DNA of 56,425 nt from an uncultured Cytophagia bacterium (GTDB taxonomy: Bacteria > Zhuqueibacterota > Zhuqueibacteria > Oleimicrobiales > Geothermoviventaceae): NCBI GenBank assembly GCA_964464205.1, contig CAYXFI010000001.1, positions 1 to 56,425 of the forward strand. The letters are read 5' to 3'. Positions 52,648 to 56,425 of this stretch are shown here, piece after piece. The translations under genes were made by a program, and so were the position numbers. Position 1 is the stretch's first letter, and each line of letters begins with the position of its first letter. The notes under the pieces are model-generated. The model had not been told where the DNA came from. It saw only the letters and a list, made by a program, of their open reading frames with translations, and did not search any database.

Positions 52648-54969
52648 CTATTTGCAAACGAAAATCAAAATCAACGTTACCGTGTCGGCGTCTCCATCCG
52701 CCCCGGTCGCGTCACAATTGATCTCCATGTCGTCGTCTTCGTTGAACGTGTAGTACGACGCATCGATACCGACAGCCGCAGAATCAACCCAAACTCCCGA
52801 CGCGCCGAGCTGAATCCCTTTACCCGAGTTCTCCGTCAAGATGTCGTGCCACGCCGCGCCCTGGTAAACCCGAATGTTGAAGTAGGGCTGAGCCGTCGTG
52901 TCCGCAACGTACTGCGTTCCTGATACGCTCACCAAGCAAGCATCCGGGCCCCGCCACTTGAAAAACTCACCAACGATGTCCTCAAGCATCGTCGCCTTGG
53001 AAGTCCCGCCATCAGGTGAGACCCACGGGACCAAGTACGCGCCGGAGATCCTGACTTCCTTCGTCTTAATCAACCCCGGATGACCGACGCGAAGATCGTC
53101 GATCCCGACACCAGCATCTAGAGCAGCGCCACGGATCGTGATGTAACTGTCCGTTACGACCGTAGCAATCACGCCGTAGTAATAGGTCCCGCCATACTGA
53201 TACCGCAAAGGAAGCCCTACTTCCATCTGCGATGTATCGGACATGTTGATCCGAGTCGTGCTCGCCGGAAGAGACGTATAATCCGCCTCGGGCACGATCT
53301 TCCAGCGCGCTTCCTGAAGCTCCAGCGCCTGGCTCAGCGTGATCCTCTTCAGCGCTGCGCTGTCCTCGGAATCCTGGATCAGAATCTCATCTTCGACAAC
53401 CGGATCTGTCTTCGCGTCCACCGCCTCCATGTTCGCCTGGATCGTTGTCCAAACGAAACTGGTAAGCGACGTGACCGTTGCCTTCTTCGGCGTCGTCGTC
53501 TGCGTAATCGCGATGTAATCCGTCCCAGCAACCGTGCCCGTGTCCAACGACGAGAAATCGAGCAGGTCGCTCTGGAGCTCTCCAGAGATATACGTCTCGA
53601 TCATCTGGCCGGTGACTTTGCGGTAACCGGTTCCGCTGCGGTACATGAGAAACTGGTCGCCGTCTTCAACGGTAGTCCCAGCCGTCTGATCCCAGGTTTC
53701 CGTGATCATGTACGTCGCCAAGTCGCTGGCGGCGATGTAATAGGACGTGTCGTTCCTGTCCACAAGGAACAGATCAGTATCGACGATCGGATCAGCGTCG
53801 CCCTGATCGCCCACATATGCGGCGATCGTGCTGCAAACGTAGGTGGCGACCGCGGAATAGGTCGCCTTCTTCGCTGTCGAGCCGTCCAGAACAAACGCGA
53901 TGTGATTGTTAGCGATCGTCGCCGTCGCCAAGCCGCTGATGTCTAGAACATCCGCCTGCACGCCGTCAAGCACCTCAGACGTGAAGTTTTCCTGAGTGAT
54001 CACCGTTAGGGCGCCGCTCCGACCCAACAATACGTAGTCACCGGCCGCAAATGTGGTGACCGGGGTTACCGAGGCGTCCGCGAGGATCTCGGTGCTCATG
54101 TAATCCGCCAGAAGCGCAGCCGTGATCGTCTTCTCCGTCCCGCTCCGGAACAGAGGAAACACGTCGGCGTCCACAATCGGGTCTGCTGAAGCAGCGCCGG
54201 AGAGCAGCGTCAGTGTGTAGGCCCCCAGCACAGCCCCCGTGACCGTCTTGGGGACGTCGCTGCGCTCGCAGACGAAAACATCGGTCCCCTGCGCCGGGTC
54301 CACCGCGGAAGCGTCCCAGGCCGTTGCGACGATCGCCGTCGCCTCCTCAGAAGTCACGTAATCCGCCAAATCGGACAGCGCGAGCTTCTTCGCCGTCCCG
54401 CTCTGCGACAAGTACACCAGATCCGCATCAGCGAGGGCCCCGGCGGCATCTAAAGCGACCAGGTAAGCGTCGAACTGAGAATGGGCCCGGGCCGCAATCG
54501 CCGTCCAAGTTGTCTTCTTCCCAGTCGAACCCTGGCAGACGAGATACTGATCCGCGTCGCTGAGAGTCGCAACGGACAGCTCCGAGATGTCGAGGACCGT
54601 TGCCTGAATCCCAGTCAAGACGTAGGTGGACACCGTGTCGATGTCCAGCTCGTAGATCGTCCCTCCACGGTTCACGAGGAACTTGTCAGCCGCGTTAGCC
54701 GGGTCCGCCTCACTGGCGACGCTCCAGCCAGACGCCACGCAGTAGGCCGCCAGATCATCCAGATCGAACAGCTTTTCCGTCCCGCTCCGTTCGGCAACCA
54801 CGTTGTCGCCCGTGGTGGGCGTCGCAGACGAGGCTCCCAGGAGCGTGTCGATCGTGAACGCCGATTGAGTTGCCAGCGTCGTCTGTTTCATCACGCTTGA
54901 CTGGAGACAAGCGATAATCTCGTCACCGTCCAGCGCCCCGGCCGCCGGCAAAGCTGTATATTGCGGCAT
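52648..54969 (-). CDS. Repeat-module fibre or appendage-like protein (773 aa)
   Basis: 13 copies of a ~28-aa core (e.g. DADLVYLSQSGTAKKLALSDLADYV, DADVFPLFRSGTEKTITAALLADYM) spaced ~40-45 aa apart over aa 12-544, followed by a distinct C-terminal domain. Confidence 0.65.
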   Translation of the reverse strand: MPQYTALPAAGALDGDEIIACLQSSVMKQTTLATQSAFTIDTLLGASSATPTTGDNVVAERSGTEKLFDLDDLAAYCVASGWSVASEADPANAADKFLVNRGGTIYELDIDTVSTYVLTGIQATVLDISELSVATLSDADQYLVCQGSTGKKTTWTAIAARAHSQFDAYLVALDAAGALADADLVYLSQSGTAKKLALSDLADYVTSEEATAIVATAWDASAVDPAQGTDVFVCERSDVPKTVTGAVLGAYTLTLLSGAASADPIVDADVFPLFRSGTEKTITAALLADYMSTEILADASVTPVTTFAAGDYVLLGRSGALTVITQENFTSEVLDGVQADVLDISGLATATIANNHIAFVLDGSTAKKATYSAVATYVCSTIAAYVGDQGDADPIVDTDLFLVDRNDTSYYIAASDLATYMITETWDQTAGTTVEDGDQFLMYRSGTGYRKVTGQMIETYISGELQSDLLDFSSLDTGTVAGTDYIAITQTTTPKKATVTSLTSFVWTTIQANMEAVDAKTDPVVEDEILIQDSEDSAALKRITLSQALELQEARWKIVPEADYTSLPASTTRINMSDTSQMEVGLPLRYQYGGTYYYGVIATVVTDSYITIRGAALDAGVGIDDLRVGHPGLIKTKEVRISGAYLVPWVSPDGGTSKATMLEDIVGEFFKWRGPDACLVSVSGTQYVADTTAQPYFNIRVYQGAAWHDILTENSGKGIQLGASGVWVDSAAVGIDASYYTFNEDDDMEINCDATGADGDADTVTLILIFVCK

Positions 54970-54978
54970 CGCTCCACC

Positions 54979-56358
54979 CTACCTGACTTTTCCTGATTGC
55001 CCAGTTTCAATAATCGCTGTCTCGTAGGCCCACTTCGCCGTGGACTCGATCCACAGCACAAACCACTCAGCTCGAATCCGCGGGTACACGATCGAGTTGA
55101 ACCCTCCAGAGAGAGTGCCGGTCGCCGCCACATACGCCAAGTGAGACGTGTCGCTGCTGTCCGTTCGCGCCTGGTAGGCCTCGATGGCGAGCTTACCATT
55201 GGCGCAGGCTTCTTCGGCCGTGTCGCCTGTCACGAGGAACCAGGTTGCGGCGCCGCTCGATTCGGCAAGCCGGGCCCGAAGCGTGTTGATCCGCCCAAAG
55301 GTTCCAGCAGCAGCCGTCCTAAACGGCCCTAACAGAACATGGCTCTCGATGTCCTCTCCATCATCATCGTCGCCGCCAATGCTCCGCAGATACCCGTCCT
55401 GACACGCCAGAACCACGCTGCCGTTGTGCCACACTGCAGAAACAGGCTGATGATTCTCCTGAAGAGCGACACTCCAAAACGCAAGCCGTACCGTATCGAA
55501 GAACCAGTGAGTTCCCGTCCCAGAAGACGGCGTGAGAAAGATCCAGACCCCCTGTTCCTCGGGCGAATAGACGAGACTCACCGTCACGCTATCTGCAATG
55601 TCAATGAGCTCTTTCGGAATCCGATCGCCAGAAATCCGCGTGAGGCCATCGCCTGATGGAGTCACAAGGTAAAGCCCATCGGTCGCCAAGAAGATCACGC
55701 CGTACTTGACAACCCTATCGCCAACAACTCCATCCTGAATACTGCACCACGCTGTCTTCCCGATGATTCCAATACCGCGAGACACATTCTTAAGCGACCC
55801 CCCAGCGGCCGGATCTCCCTGCACAACCCAAAGACTGTACTTCGTTGCCGCAAGAAGATAAGAATCGCGGAACGGAATCAGAGCTTTCGTCGTCTCGCCA
55901 ATCTCCGCCGCCTCACCAAGCTGAAACGCAACAGGTTGGCCTGGTGCGCCCGCGACGACCCCATAATCCCAATCGGTGTAATCCCCCTGCCGTGACATGT
56001 AAATCGCATTGTCGCCGCCCGCTAATACAAGACGATCGCGGTAGATGCAACCAACGACGCACCCAGTTGGAACAGTTCCCTCCGTAGCTTCCAGGGTAGT
56101 GACAACCCCGGTTTGCACGTCGATAGACTCGACTCCAGTTGCGTCGATAGCGTAAATGCGAGATCCACTCACGCACAGATAACATGTTGGAATCTCCCCA
56201 GAACTGGCAGACAAAACCAAACCACCCTCGTCCAAAAGCGCATCACCGCTTTCATCAAGAAGCGTTCCAACAGGAGTAGACAAAACACCATCCTCATCGA
56301 TGACCTTTAAGGTTTGATCGGCCAACACAACCAGGTTGGTGCTGATGTTTTCCGGCAT
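54979..56358 (-). CDS. Hypothetical virion-block protein (459 aa), beta-propeller-like by composition
   Basis: Repetitive beta-strand pattern. Placed by position. Confidence 0.55.
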   Translation of the reverse strand: MPENISTNLVVLADQTLKVIDEDGVLSTPVGTLLDESGDALLDEGGLVLSASSGEIPTCYLCVSGSRIYAIDATGVESIDVQTGVVTTLEATEGTVPTGCVVGCIYRDRLVLAGGDNAIYMSRQGDYTDWDYGVVAGAPGQPVAFQLGEAAEIGETTKALIPFRDSYLLAATKYSLWVVQGDPAAGGSLKNVSRGIGIIGKTAWCSIQDGVVGDRVVKYGVIFLATDGLYLVTPSGDGLTRISGDRIPKELIDIADSVTVSLVYSPEEQGVWIFLTPSSGTGTHWFFDTVRLAFWSVALQENHQPVSAVWHNGSVVLACQDGYLRSIGGDDDDGEDIESHVLLGPFRTAAAGTFGRINTLRARLAESSGAATWFLVTGDTAEEACANGKLAIEAYQARTDSSDTSHLAYVAATGTLSGGFNSIVYPRIRAEWFVLWIESTAKWAYETAIIETGQSGKVR

Positions 56359-56367
56359 ATGAACGTC

Positions 56368-56425
56368 CTAAGGAGGATCGCTGGGAGTAGGCGTGCTCGA
56401 AGGGGTGCTGCTCGGAGTACTCGAA
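56368..56425 (-). CDS. 3' end of an S/T/P-repeat ORF (...SSTPSSTPSSTPTPSDPP*), probable continuation of 1..451
   Basis: Hand translation. TAG at 56370-56368. Same frame as 1..451 under the 23-nt overlap. Confidence 0.5.
   Translation of the reverse strand, partial: SSTPSSTPSSTPTPSDPP

Noticed and set aside
1-56425. Prophage borders, host flanks, tRNA genes.
   Set aside because: No host-like housekeeping gene, integrase, att-type flank or cloverleaf-compatible segment was noticed. The ends overlap each other instead. A tRNA scan was not run, so absence is provisional.

Overview
High-G+C 56.4-kb window that reads as an essentially complete tailed-phage (possibly phage-plasmid-like) genome. 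It is probably a circularly closed contig: the last 23 nt repeat the first 23 nt, and a minus-strand ORF cut by the window edge stays in frame across that join. Almost everything is on the minus strand. The order is: terS?-terL-portal-scaffold-capsid-fibre (18922 down to 7158); an embedded, translationally coupled glycosyl-/methyl-transferase operon (6399 down to 3388); more virion genes that continue across the junction (56358 down to 40828), including a 2090-aa protein and a 687-aa protein with a ~350-aa Ser/Thr/Pro repeat tail; then an XRE regulator, a CsrA homologue, an SNF2 helicase, small early genes, PrimPol, a UvrD-like helicase, a VRR-NUC nuclease, and a lysis-like end with a papain-family peptidase and a holin-like protein. 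One plus-strand operon (19.7-25.1 kb) carries a MoxR-type AAA+ ATPase and a VWA protein. I recognised no integrase, DNA polymerase, tRNA or CRISPR array. The most unusual observations are: (i) two ~200-bp non-coding arrays in which every GTC falls in a single 5-nt phase, bracketing one small gene; (ii) a candidate virion O-glycosylation system (ppGalNAc-T-like DxH glycosyltransferase, GT2, two methyltransferases, a possible sulfotransferase) together with two mucin-like S/T/P-repeat proteins; (iii) a phage-borne CsrA near GGA-repeat leaders; (iv) iterons upstream of the terminase genes and conserved short elements at module borders. All functional calls come from motif recognition by eye and gene order. 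Nothing was checked against a database.
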